Positions 26,428-35,608 of a stretch of DNA of 52,948 bases are shown here, piece by piece; within the stretch, counting starts at the first letter, position 1, and each line of letters starts with the position of its first letter. Under the pieces are notes generated by a model. That model ran no database searches. It saw only the letters and a list, made by a program, of their open reading frames with translations, and was not told the DNA's origin. The DNA comes from a virus. Lineage: Duplodnaviria; Caudoviricetes. Made by a program: the position numbers and the translations under genes. The DNA is taken from positions 1-52,948 of IMG/VR virus record IMGVR_UViG_3300020171_000037, one strand, 5' to 3'.

Positions 26428-27606
26428 ATGGCAGGGGAAATTTCAACACCAAGCACGGCAGTAAAAATAGAATTATTTACTCCGACACAATTAGCTTTTT
26501 TTAAAGAATCTTTAAAATTAAATGGTGACATAATTCATAATCTTATTAAAACAGGAATAGATCATCATTCCGATATTGCATTATATGAAGGTGTAGTTTA
26601 TTCGATGGTTTCAGATAAAAGCATAAACGAATTTGATACAATTAGCGATTTAGCACTTAATGAATGGACCGTATCAATAAAAGAAAGCCAAACAATACCG
26701 GCTTTTTGCAGGTTTAAAGCTGAAATTTTAGGAACTGATATTTCAGTAAAAACAGATATATCATATCCAATTATTGCAAATGATTATTTATTGAAATTTG
26801 GAACGGTTGGCAGTTCAGACGGACTATTCAATAATCCATATGGTATAGCTGTTAATAAAACAAATATATTCGTAGTCGATCAGGGTAATGATAGAATTCA
26901 AAAATTTGATTTATTAGGGGCTTATGTATCTAAATTTGGCAGTGCAGGCTCAGGAAACGGTCAATTTAATTCAGCTTATGGTATTGCAATTAATCAAACA
27001 CATATATTTGTTACAGATATAGTTGACAATCGCATTCAAAAATTTACATTGGCAGGTGCTTATGTTTCACAATTTGGGCTAGGTTCTGGCTCAGGAGATG
27101 GCCAATTTAATGGTCCTTATGGAATATGCATTAAAGGTGAAAAAGTATATGTAAGCGAAGTTGTTAATAATCGAGTTCAGGTATTTGACTTAGACGGTAA
27201 TTATCTATTTAAGTTTGGAAGCTCAGGCTCAGGCGATGGTCAATTTTTCGGGCCTTATGGAATAATGGTAACTTCAAATAGGATTTACACAATTGAGGGT
27301 ACAGGCGCAAGGGTTCAGGTATTTGACTTAGACGGTAATTATCTATTTAAGTTTGGAAGTGGTGGTTCAGGTAGTGGTCAGTTTACAAACGCTAGAGACA
27401 TATCGGTTACAGATACAAATATTTATACAATTGAATTAACAAATAACCGAATTCAGAAATTTGATTTAGCTGGGGAATTTATAGAATTATTTGGTAGTTC
27501 TGGTTCGGGGGATGGTCAATTTAACTCTCCAAATAAATTAGTCATTATTGATAATAAAATATATACAACTGACTTAGGAAATGATCGAGTACAAGTATTT
27601 AATTAA
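26428..27606 (+). CDS. NHL-repeat beta-propeller protein, probably tail-associated
   Basis: Six repeats of FGSxGSGDGQFNxPYGI..YVxD..NNRIQxF. Confidence 0.85.
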   Translation: MAGEISTPSTAVKIELFTPTQLAFFKESLKLNGDIIHNLIKTGIDHHSDIALYEGVVYSMVSDKSINEFDTISDLALNEWTVSIKESQTIPAFCRFKAEILGTDISVKTDISYPIIANDYLLKFGTVGSSDGLFNNPYGIAVNKTNIFVVDQGNDRIQKFDLLGAYVSKFGSAGSGNGQFNSAYGIAINQTHIFVTDIVDNRIQKFTLAGAYVSQFGLGSGSGDGQFNGPYGICIKGEKVYVSEVVNNRVQVFDLDGNYLFKFGSSGSGDGQFFGPYGIMVTSNRIYTIEGTGARVQVFDLDGNYLFKFGSGGSGSGQFTNARDISVTDTNIYTIELTNNRIQKFDLAGEFIELFGSSGSGDGQFNSPNKLVIIDNKIYTTDLGNDRVQVFN

Positions 27607-27623
27607 TTTTAATATAAGAAATC

Positions 27624-27905
27624 ATGGCAATAACAACAGGTAAATTATACAGCGTAAAAGCAAGTTCGACATTTCAAATAGGTCAAACAGCTAGAATAGA
27701 GCTAAAAGGAACCGTAAGTTTAATTATTTACGGTAGTGAAGAAATTCAAACGTCAGTTGCAAATTTGACACCCGTAAGCGAAGCAATTACAGAGGATGGT
27801 TACTACCCATGCGACACTTTGCCAACCTATATTGCATTTATTGGAACGGCTGATAGAATTAATGTAGGAGGTTATGATTTGACTTTAATTGGAGCAATTG
27901 AGTAA
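27624..27905 (+). CDS. Hypothetical tail-region protein
   Basis: 93-aa ORF. Confidence 0.6.
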   Translation: MAITTGKLYSVKASSTFQIGQTARIELKGTVSLIIYGSEEIQTSVANLTPVSEAITEDGYYPCDTLPTYIAFIGTADRINVGGYDLTLIGAIE

Positions 27906-29797
27906 TGGCAGGGTTATTTAAAATGATACCTTTAGTCAGAGCTTCAGGTCTCATAAAAGGCAAAATAATTGAGGGCAAAGGGTTGATTAAGCAGTTTTTG
28001 CAATCATTCACTCTTACCATTTACAAAACAGGCGAAGGAACGGTTGACCCTGACGTGGGTGAATTGATTTGTCAGGAAGGTACACCCGTTACAATAACAG
28101 CAACGGCAACAGACCCCGATTATTACCATGATACTAATTTACTTGACGGCGTACCTGTTAGTAATCCTTACATTTGGAATCCAGATGCAAACAGAGCATT
28201 TGAAGCTAGGTTTTTGGCTTGGTTAAATATACTTGATGTATTTTCAACTACCCCGCAATCAATAGGAGGAAAATGGTATTTTAGAAATTTACAAGAAACT
28301 TTAAATAAATATAACCAGTATGTTGTATGTTTTGGAAATTCATTAACAGCCCAAAATTACCCGATTTATTTACGCAATTATTTAAACGCCAAGCTAAATT
28401 CACCTTATCGATACACATTGTATCAAGAAGGGTTAGGAGGAAGAACAGGAGCGCAGATGCTAATTGATTTCAATACTGATGTATTGCCATTAATTAATTC
28501 AGGTGGAGATAATTTGATTATCATAAATGAGGTTATTAATGATATGGCTAATAGTTATACATATACCGAAGCAGCTCAACATTTAATTGATATAGCTCAA
28601 TTATGTACTGATAACGGGGCAAAATGTATGATATTAACAGCCTCTCCAACATCAACAGCAATTCCTAATTATATTCAAAATGCTAATGACATAATCCTTG
28701 CAAATACAGTTAGTGATTACGTATTTGATTTATCGACAATACCTGAAACATTAGACCCTAACAACCTAACATATTATAGTGATGGCGTTCATTGGACTAA
28801 TGCACTTGCTTTAATTATTGCAAATACAATAGGGGCTTATGTTGATTCAATAAATTATCCTAAACATATTCAGGTTAAAAAAAATCAGGTAGCGACCTTT
28901 AATGATACAAAATTAAATGTTGGTAGATTTCATTCTGACTTGCCTAGTTTTGAGATTATATTAAAAATTCCAAATTATGCAACATCGTCAGGTTATATCT
29001 ATAATAAGCGATTAACCGCTGGTGCAGATGTTGAAATACAAATGAATTACGGAAGTTCAGGTGTATTAACTTGTTACATCACAACGGCTACTGGAACATT
29101 GATAACCGCAACATTAAGTAATAAAATAATCTCTGATAAATGGACTAGAGTAAGGTTTGACACAGTAGGAAATAATTTACATCTATCTGTATTTAACATA
29201 CAAGATCAACAGGATTATTATGAGCATATAGTACCATTTACAGGCGTTGTAAAAAACGTTGCAGCAGATAATATAATAGGGGTAAGGGGCTATGACAATA
29301 CAACACCAATGGTTAACGTTCAGGTTGCTTATATCAACATCAACAGTGGTCAATTTGAATGTTTCTTGAATCATAAAAACGGGTTAAATTGCTTTGATAA
29401 ATTAGGCACTTTAACTGGTTTATTTTCAATAAACACAACGCAATTATGGAGTAATACAACGGAATTTATTGAACCTTACTTTGCAACTAAAGGAACGACA
29501 ATTTACACTGCAAATTCAAATCCAACTGATGTAAGTTTGTGGATATTTATTTCAGGTTCGGAAACATCACAAGCAATTTCAAACTATACTAAATTAGGTT
29601 ACTTTCCTGTTAATTCAGGAATTTTAAAAGGGTTAATTAATGAGTACACAATACCGACAGATGCTGAAATAAATGCAGAAATAGCGGCAGGAGATTATGA
29701 TTTTGCTGAATTAGATGTGTTAGTTGCCGCGCCTGAATTGCAGATTGCCAAAACAGCAAATAACATAAGTCAATTAATAGTAAGAAAACAACAATAA
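27905..29797 (+). CDS. Tail-associated SGNH/GDSL-type esterase with additional beta-rich domains
   Basis: FGNSLT, EGLGG, INDM, DGVH blocks. Confidence 0.75.
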   Translation: MAGLFKMIPLVRASGLIKGKIIEGKGLIKQFLQSFTLTIYKTGEGTVDPDVGELICQEGTPVTITATATDPDYYHDTNLLDGVPVSNPYIWNPDANRAFEARFLAWLNILDVFSTTPQSIGGKWYFRNLQETLNKYNQYVVCFGNSLTAQNYPIYLRNYLNAKLNSPYRYTLYQEGLGGRTGAQMLIDFNTDVLPLINSGGDNLIIINEVINDMANSYTYTEAAQHLIDIAQLCTDNGAKCMILTASPTSTAIPNYIQNANDIILANTVSDYVFDLSTIPETLDPNNLTYYSDGVHWTNALALIIANTIGAYVDSINYPKHIQVKKNQVATFNDTKLNVGRFHSDLPSFEIILKIPNYATSSGYIYNKRLTAGADVEIQMNYGSSGVLTCYITTATGTLITATLSNKIISDKWTRVRFDTVGNNLHLSVFNIQDQQDYYEHIVPFTGVVKNVAADNIIGVRGYDNTTPMVNVQVAYININSGQFECFLNHKNGLNCFDKLGTLTGLFSINTTQLWSNTTEFIEPYFATKGTTIYTANSNPTDVSLWIFISGSETSQAISNYTKLGYFPVNSGILKGLINEYTIPTDAEINAEIAAGDYDFAELDVLVAAPELQIAKTANNISQLIVRKQQ

Positions 29798-29871
29798 CTA
29801 TGAATACAACAATTTAACTTTTAAATATAAAACAAATGAGTATGAACTAATTTAATAAATTTTAAAAAAAT

Positions 29872-30348
29872 ATGACACTAAAAAAACATAACGGATTAAT
29901 CAAGTATGTGAAGAACATTTTTTACACTTACTATCAATTTGTTTTTTTAGGAATTGCCGGTGAAATAATTGAAATTGAAGGTTTGAATTATTATAAAAAC
30001 TATGGCCTTGGTGAAAATGAATGTAATTTGCTTATAATTTCAGGCACAATGGAAAATGAAGATTTAATAGTTCAATAAGCTAGCGGAAATTATGGACTTT
30101 ATGCAATATCGGTTAAATATGATTTAGACTGGTATGGTACTGATTTAAACGACCCTTTGCCAATTCCATACTCAGCTTTAAAAGCCATAAACACCACATT
30201 AATTAAGCGTTCTGATTTCTTTATTGACAATGAAACAACTTTAAAAACAATGTGTATTCAGCCATTTGAAGAAGTTACTTATAAATATGCACCTGTAACT
30301 TATGAAAATGAACCAACAGTATTTTTAAAACCTCATTTAATACCTTAA
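29872..30348 (+). pseudogene. Single reading frame interrupted by one in-frame TAA (30076-30078)
   Basis: ORFs 29872-30078 and 30157-30348 share a frame with no other stop between them. Confidence 0.55.
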
Positions 30349-30350
30349 AA

Positions 30351-30905
30351 ATGGATATTCAAGATATAATCGGCACAACTCGCGATCAATTTTTGTTAGA
30401 CGGTTCAAACGAAATTGATTTTTTTCCGGCTATAATGTCCGACCCTATTGGAGGCACAGCCCCCGATGCAGGTAATATAACTATACAAGGGGTTCAATTT
30501 GCCACTTTATTATATGGAGTTAATGAAACCCAGGGCGTAAAAATTGAATTAAACCACCCCTATAAAAACGCTGGTTATGTTGATTTCCATATTAGGTATT
30601 TTCCAGTAAATGACAATACGGGAACCGTTAATTTTTCATATAATTATTTTATTTTTCATGTTGACGGTACAACAACTGCAGGTGCAGTGGTAAATGTTGA
30701 GCAAAAAACAATCTTAGCAGGTGACAAAACAGCCAATAAAGGACAATATGCAAGTGTTGTATTAGATAGCGCAAATTTCGTAGGTGGAGACATGATAATA
30801 GGACAATTTAAGCGCGAAGCTGGTACTTATGGTAGTGATGTTGCCATAATGGAAATAGGATTGCATGGTGGAGTTGGTAAAGTAGGACGTAAACACATGA
30901 CATAA
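30351..30905 (+). CDS. Hypothetical beta-rich (virion-like) protein
   Basis: 184-aa ORF in the tail fibre region. Confidence 0.6.
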   Translation: MDIQDIIGTTRDQFLLDGSNEIDFFPAIMSDPIGGTAPDAGNITIQGVQFATLLYGVNETQGVKIELNHPYKNAGYVDFHIRYFPVNDNTGTVNFSYNYFIFHVDGTTTAGAVVNVEQKTILAGDKTANKGQYASVVLDSANFVGGDMIIGQFKREAGTYGSDVAIMEIGLHGGVGKVGRKHMT

Positions 30906-31384
30906 TGGACTTAAGAGATATTTTAAGATTGTTTTATTTGCCTAGAAAAATAGCAATTCAGGATTGTGTTGATACGGGTACTTTAATGAATTTATTAGAT
31001 GGCCAAACTTATGATTTACCCATAGATTGCGCTTTGAGAAATTATTTAAGTACCGAAAGGGAGTTGTTTTTTCCCGAAACTTCGACAGTTCGAGATTCGA
31101 TTGTAAATAATGGACTTACTGTTAAGGTGAAATTATCATTGCGCGGAAATGTTTCAGATAAATTAAAAATTAACATTTACATACCACATCCAACATACGG
31201 AAATATTCCAGTTGATAACTATGAAATTGTAATTTATCGGAATAATTTAACCGTGGATTTTAGCCAAATAATTGAGTTATACAATGCGATTGACGGGGAG
31301 GCTCATTTGTATGGTTTTAAATTTGAATTAGTGCCAGAGGGGAATTTAGAATTAACATCGAGATCAATATTAATTAAAGCTTAA
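30905..31384 (+). CDS. Hypothetical protein
   Basis: 159-aa ORF coupled to the previous gene. Confidence 0.6.
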   Translation: MDLRDILRLFYLPRKIAIQDCVDTGTLMNLLDGQTYDLPIDCALRNYLSTERELFFPETSTVRDSIVNNGLTVKVKLSLRGNVSDKLKINIYIPHPTYGNIPVDNYEIVIYRNNLTVDFSQIIELYNAIDGEAHLYGFKFELVPEGNLELTSRSILIKA

Positions 31385-31448
31385 AATTATGGCAAAGAAA
31401 GTAAAAACAACAGAGACGATTCCACCGCCGGACAAACCGAAAAAGTAA

Positions 31449-31877
31449 ATGGAAAAAAGAATAATATTCATATTAATGTTGTCGAGTTTATTAATCGTAA
31501 CATATGTTAATTTAAACGATTTTAACTATGGTTTGATTAATGTACATTTTTGGAGGTTAATATATTACTTTCAATATTACGTGCTTGTAGGTTTTTCGAT
31601 AGTGTTGTTATGGATATTATTTTCAAACAAAGTGATAAGAATATTAACAGCTCCTATTGCAGTTTATTACTTATTCCATTTGTGTATTAATTATCTTGAA
31701 ATATTCAACCCTGAATTAAAAGATTTAATTTATACTACAAAAACAATAAATTACCTACTTTCAATATCTATGGCTATTTCCATTGTAATTGCTATGTATT
31801 GGGTAAAATTGACCAATTTAATACTCTATTTTTATGAGAAAACAAAACGATTCATTAACCGAAAACCAGTTAAATAA
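31449..31877 (+). CDS. Multi-pass membrane protein
   Basis: About four hydrophobic segments; lysis region. Confidence 0.65.
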   Translation: MEKRIIFILMLSSLLIVTYVNLNDFNYGLINVHFWRLIYYFQYYVLVGFSIVLLWILFSNKVIRILTAPIAVYYLFHLCINYLEIFNPELKDLIYTTKTINYLLSISMAISIVIAMYWVKLTNLILYFYEKTKRFINRKPVK

Positions 31878-32166
31878 AATGAAAGAACTAATGATGAATA
31901 AATACTTAGGATTTATAGGGATTTTAACCAGTTTGATATTAAGCATTACATTGTACGCTTATGCACGTGATTTAAACACTTTAGATTCAAAAATTAAAAC
32001 TGAATCTGAGGTAAGAAAAGAATCTGATATTAAGCTGGGTATTGATATTGATAATAAAATGAGTGAACATGAAAAGTTACATATTGAGCAATCTAAGAAT
32101 AATGAGTTGCTTATAAAATATCTCGATCAGCGATTTGATGATATGGAAAAACTAATAAAAAAATAA
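31834..32166 (+). CDS. Single-TM coiled-coil protein (holin-like/lysis accessory)
   Basis: One TM segment; precedes the endolysin. Confidence 0.5.
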   Translation: MRKQNDSLTENQLNKMKELMMNKYLGFIGILTSLILSITLYAYARDLNTLDSKIKTESEVRKESDIKLGIDIDNKMSEHEKLHIEQSKNNELLIKYLDQRFDDMEKLIKK

Positions 32167-32169
32167 TTA

Positions 32170-32730
32170 ATGGATAAAAAAGTTATTGATTTTGTGAAAC
32201 AACAAAATTTAGTGGATTCAGCTGTTTTATTAGCTTTTATAGAAGTTGAAACAGGCGGACTTGGATTTTCAAATGAGGGTAAAATAATAATTCAATTTGA
32301 GCCTGCATGGTTTAGAAAAAAAGCTCCATTTGTACCTAGCGGGAATTGGTCATTAAATAAAGTGGATAGGCAAGGTGCTGAATGGACTGCATTTAACGAA
32401 GCGTTTAAATTAAATGCAAATGCTGCAATGGAATCAACTTCAATTGGTTTAGGTCAAATAATGGGTTTTCATTGGAAAACATTAGGATTTAACTCAGTTG
32501 GTGCAATGTGGGATAATGCAAAATATAGCATTGAAAATCAAATTACTCAAATTATTCAATTTATATATTCGTCACAAAAGCTTAAAAAAGCAATTGCGAA
32601 TAAAGACTGGCATATGATTGCAACTATTTATAATGGGGCAAAATACAAAGAATTAGCTCAAAGAATAGGGCGTGAACCTTATAATATTTCGCTAGAAAAA
32701 GCATATTTAAAATACAGTCAAATTCATTAA
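32170..32730 (+). CDS. Endolysin, N-acetylmuramidase (DUF3380-type)
   Basis: VETGG, FEPAWF, STSIGLGQIMGFHW, YNG. Confidence 0.88.
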   Translation: MDKKVIDFVKQQNLVDSAVLLAFIEVETGGLGFSNEGKIIIQFEPAWFRKKAPFVPSGNWSLNKVDRQGAEWTAFNEAFKLNANAAMESTSIGLGQIMGFHWKTLGFNSVGAMWDNAKYSIENQITQIIQFIYSSQKLKKAIANKDWHMIATIYNGAKYKELAQRIGREPYNISLEKAYLKYSQIH

Positions 32731-32734
32731 AATA

Positions 32735-33022
32735 ATGGCTAAATTAGAAATAGTAAAAAAAGAATCAAATTCACCTGATTATACATTTCATTGTTTGGGT
32801 TGTGGATATAGTCATGGGGTTTGGACAACTAGATTAGAAGGTGAAACCCATCCACTATGGGGATTTAATGGAAATTTGGATAAACCCACATTTACACCAT
32901 CATTATTAGTAAGAGGTGTATTTGTTTGTCATTCCTTTATTAAGGATGGTAAAATACAATACCTAAATGATTGCACCCATAATTTAGCTGGTCAAACTAT
33001 TGAAATGGAGGAAATAGATTAA
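32735..33022 (+). CDS. DUF6527-like small metal-binding protein
   Basis: CLGC..H, WGFNGNLDKPTFTPSLL, CHSFIKDGKIQYLNDCTH. Confidence 0.65.
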   Translation: MAKLEIVKKESNSPDYTFHCLGCGYSHGVWTTRLEGETHPLWGFNGNLDKPTFTPSLLVRGVFVCHSFIKDGKIQYLNDCTHNLAGQTIEMEEID

Positions 33023-33196
33023 ATGGGTAAAACATATTTGCACAAAGAATCGGGTAAGTTTAAAAACGGTAAACTTGGAAAACCATCGAATAAATTGAGC
33101 CGAAAATTTGACCGTCACAATTTTGAAGTAGGTGAGTTAAGGAATGAAAGAAACAAATTAAAGTATAAAGAGTACGAATAATTTAATAAATTAACT

Positions 33197-33541
33197 ATGA
33201 AAACAGAAATTTTAGGGTACATTTTAGGCAATTTAACACTATCGTTTTTGATTGCTTTTTATTTGTTCGCAGTTTGCGGGGTTGTTTTATCAATGCTTTT
33301 GCATTTGGGTAAAAAAGTAAAGAAAACAGCAGTTAAATTAAGTTGGCAGTATTGGATAAAAGACAATTTAATGCGGTTTTTTACTTCATTTATTTGCATT
33401 TTTATTGCTATTCGTTTTTATGATAGTTTACCAATTGATGTTGAGCCAAATATGTTTTTTGGGTTAATTGTTGGAATGAGTTTGGACCAGGTAATAATAT
33501 TGATTAGAAATAAAACCAATATTAATTTATTTCAAAAGTAA
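33197..33541 (+). CDS. Putative holin (3 TM)
   Basis: Three hydrophobic segments; near the endolysin. Confidence 0.55.
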   Translation: MKTEILGYILGNLTLSFLIAFYLFAVCGVVLSMLLHLGKKVKKTAVKLSWQYWIKDNLMRFFTSFICIFIAIRFYDSLPIDVEPNMFFGLIVGMSLDQVIILIRNKTNINLFQK

Positions 33542-33565
33542 ATTATTAATTAAATATATAAATAC

Positions 33566-33829
33566 ATGTACACATTAAGAAGGATTACAAGTGATGGGTT
33601 GCAATCAAATCAAGCACTTGGAGAAAGTTACAATTTTGTAAGTAAAGAACTAAACGAAATTGAGTTTAAAAAATGCTTAGATCAAATGAAATGGGTTGAC
33701 GATCCTGAAATTTACGGATTTGTTAGCTATGGTGAAGGTTCAAAACTATTAGCACTTTACAAAAAGTCAGCTTATTTTATTATGACATCTGGAGGCGAAA
33801 CATTTGACAATTTAACACTTAAAAGATGA
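33566..33829 (+). CDS. Hypothetical protein
   Basis: 87-aa ORF. Confidence 0.65.
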   Translation: MYTLRRITSDGLQSNQALGESYNFVSKELNEIEFKKCLDQMKWVDDPEIYGFVSYGEGSKLLALYKKSAYFIMTSGGETFDNLTLKR

Positions 33830-34395
33830 AACTACTAACTAAAATATTAATAGCATTAGTTGTATTCTTTGCAATCGGTTTTGGTTATTCTTACAACCAA
33901 TGGCAAAAAGACAAAGATAGAGCCAATAGAATGACTGTAAACTATAAAGATGCCATAAAGCAAAACAATGAGCTTAATTTGACACTAAAAGAGCTTAATT
34001 CAGAGCAAGAAAAAAGAGTTAAGGTATTAACCGATTCTTTAAAAATTAAGCCAAAAAAGGTCAAAGAATATATTAATACGGTTATTCATGATACTATCCG
34101 TGATACGATAATGATTAAGCTTACCTTAGTTGAGCCATTTACTTATAAATTTACTCAAGATACAGGGTGTTTTCATTTAGCTGGGTTAGTTAATAATAAG
34201 AATGAAATACCTGTTTTACAATTCACAGAATTAGACTACGATAACACAATTGAGGCTTTAATTTATCAAGATAGGCAGCAATGGCAATTCCTTTTTATTA
34301 AGTCTAAGTTCTTAGGTAAAAAATACAATGAACTTGCAACATTCTCAAAATGTGGGGTTTCAACCGTTCAAAAGATAAATATTATTAAAAAGTAA
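33826..34395 (+). CDS. Putative spanin-like protein
   Basis: N-terminal TM anchor, coiled coil, beta-rich C-terminus; end of the lysis module. Confidence 0.55.
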   Translation: MKLLTKILIALVVFFAIGFGYSYNQWQKDKDRANRMTVNYKDAIKQNNELNLTLKELNSEQEKRVKVLTDSLKIKPKKVKEYINTVIHDTIRDTIMIKLTLVEPFTYKFTQDTGCFHLAGLVNNKNEIPVLQFTELDYDNTIEALIYQDRQQWQFLFIKSKFLGKKYNELATFSKCGVSTVQKINIIKK

Positions 34396-34425
34396 GAATA
34401 GCCCTGATTGGTTGTTTTCATGTTT

Positions 34426-34626
34426 GCCCTCATTTTACTTTGTAAAGTGGGGGTTTTTTATTAGTTTTGAAGTGCTAAATATTTTTTACAAAAAGCCAGT
34501 TTTGCACCCCAAAAGCGACTGGCTTTTTTATTTCAATTATATTTATTAAATTTGATATGTAGATTTTTTTCATACGTATTGGTTTTACCCTCTGATTATT
34601 CCCGAAAAATAATTAGAGGGTTTTTT
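34426..34626 (+). terminator. Three tandem hairpin + T-run elements
   Basis: Stems at ~34426-34459, 34491-34529 and 34587-34626. Confidence 0.65.
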
Positions 34627-34638
34627 ATTTTAAATTAT

Positions 34639-34646
34639 TATCTTTG
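34639..34646 (+). promoter_or_regulatory. -7 promoter box for tmRNA
   Basis: TATCTTTG immediately upstream of the acceptor piece. Confidence 0.6.
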
Positions 34647-34651
34647 AATCA

Positions 34652-34958
34652 GTTCTTTAAGATATTAATAGTAAAATAGTTTGGACGGCGGTTCGATTCC
34701 GCCCAGCTCCACAATTCCAATTATAAAGCAAGGTTACCAACAACTTGTAAAAATGGTTTCCTATTTTAGAGAAGTCCTAAGTACCACTTTGGAGGTTATT
34801 ATCGAGAATGGGAATTACGGGGTTGACTGGTTTTGACAGCTACGAGTATGATTAATGGAGAGAACAAAACGCTTTAAACGGCAAAACAATTGAATTTTCT
34901 AAGCCATCATTAAGAATGGTAGCTTAGGTAGAATAAAGCCCCTTAATTGGGGTTTTTT
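34652..34958 (+). ncRNA. ssrA: Circularly permuted (two-piece) tmRNA
   Basis: T-arm and 3' acceptor strand GGCGGTTCGATTCCGCC-CAGCTCCA (to 34711) come before the 5' strand GGGGTTGACTGGTTTTGAC (34819); G3.U70 pair; tag frame 34880-34927 GKTIEFSKPSLRMVA*; terminator 34935-34958. Confidence 0.85.
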
Positions 34959-35001
34959 ATTACCATATTCTTAATGTCAGGAAAATGGTTTTTAAAATAA
35001 A

Positions 35002-35034
35002 TTTGCATTATTCAAATATTATTTTTTATCTTTG
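35002..35034 (+). promoter_or_regulatory. Bacteroidota-type promoter (-33 TTTG / -7 TATCTTTG)
   Basis: TTTG 35002-35005 and TATCTTTG 35027-35034, 21-nt spacing. Confidence 0.7.
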
Positions 35035-35057
35035 TAGTGTTAAAAAGACATTAAACG

Positions 35058-35160
35058 ACCCGAAAGGGTACAAAAGTTGAGTTACGGTCAACTAATAAAA
35101 ACATAAAAAGACCTTTAGGGAGTAGAGCCGTAACCTCGAAACCTAGAGGTTTTTTATTTT
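35058..35160 (+). promoter_or_regulatory. Structured leader with complementary hairpin loops and a terminator-like stem
   Basis: Loop GTTACGG (35081-35087) is the exact reverse complement of loop CCGTAAC (35128-35134). Confidence 0.6.
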
Positions 35161-35608
35161 ATGACAAACCTATTTTTAACGCTTTCTAATGACTGCAAGC
35201 ACAACCCAATTAATCCACCTTAATTTACACAATAGCCAATATATAGGAGGGTATGAAAGTAACAGCAGCTTATATTGGTAATTGTCATACTGCGGGATTC
35301 GATAAATGACAAATCCAGAACTAAGGCAAAGGGATTAAATCGACAGGGCTACCGATAGGCTTTGAAAGCAGTTGCCAACCTAAAGAACACGGCGTTTACT
35401 TTAGGCTCGAAACGATAAACGGCTCCATGGTCGCAAAATTGTTTTGTGAGTTTTAACTTAGAAAGTGATTTCTAAGGATAAACTCACTTTTCTCTTACTC
35501 CAAACTCACCTTAATTGCAAAAAGAATATTAATAAATAGTAAATACAGTTTTCACTTAAAATTATATACAAAAAAGTAAATAAATTATATAACTTAAAAA
35601 TTACGAAT

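Noticed and set aside
30076-30078. Genome-wide stop codon reassignment
   Set aside because: Only one interrupted gene was seen; long genes are intact under the standard code and TAA, TAG and TGA all end genes normally.
26428-31384. Diversity-generating retroelement or invertible tail-fibre switch
   Set aside because: No reverse transcriptase or invertase seen; the 47-bp repeat is exact and intragenic, with no adenine-specific differences.
34683-34711. Stand-alone tRNA or attP tRNA fragment
   Set aside because: No anticodon or D arm upstream; the matching 5' acceptor strand and a tag frame lie downstream, which fits a permuted tmRNA.
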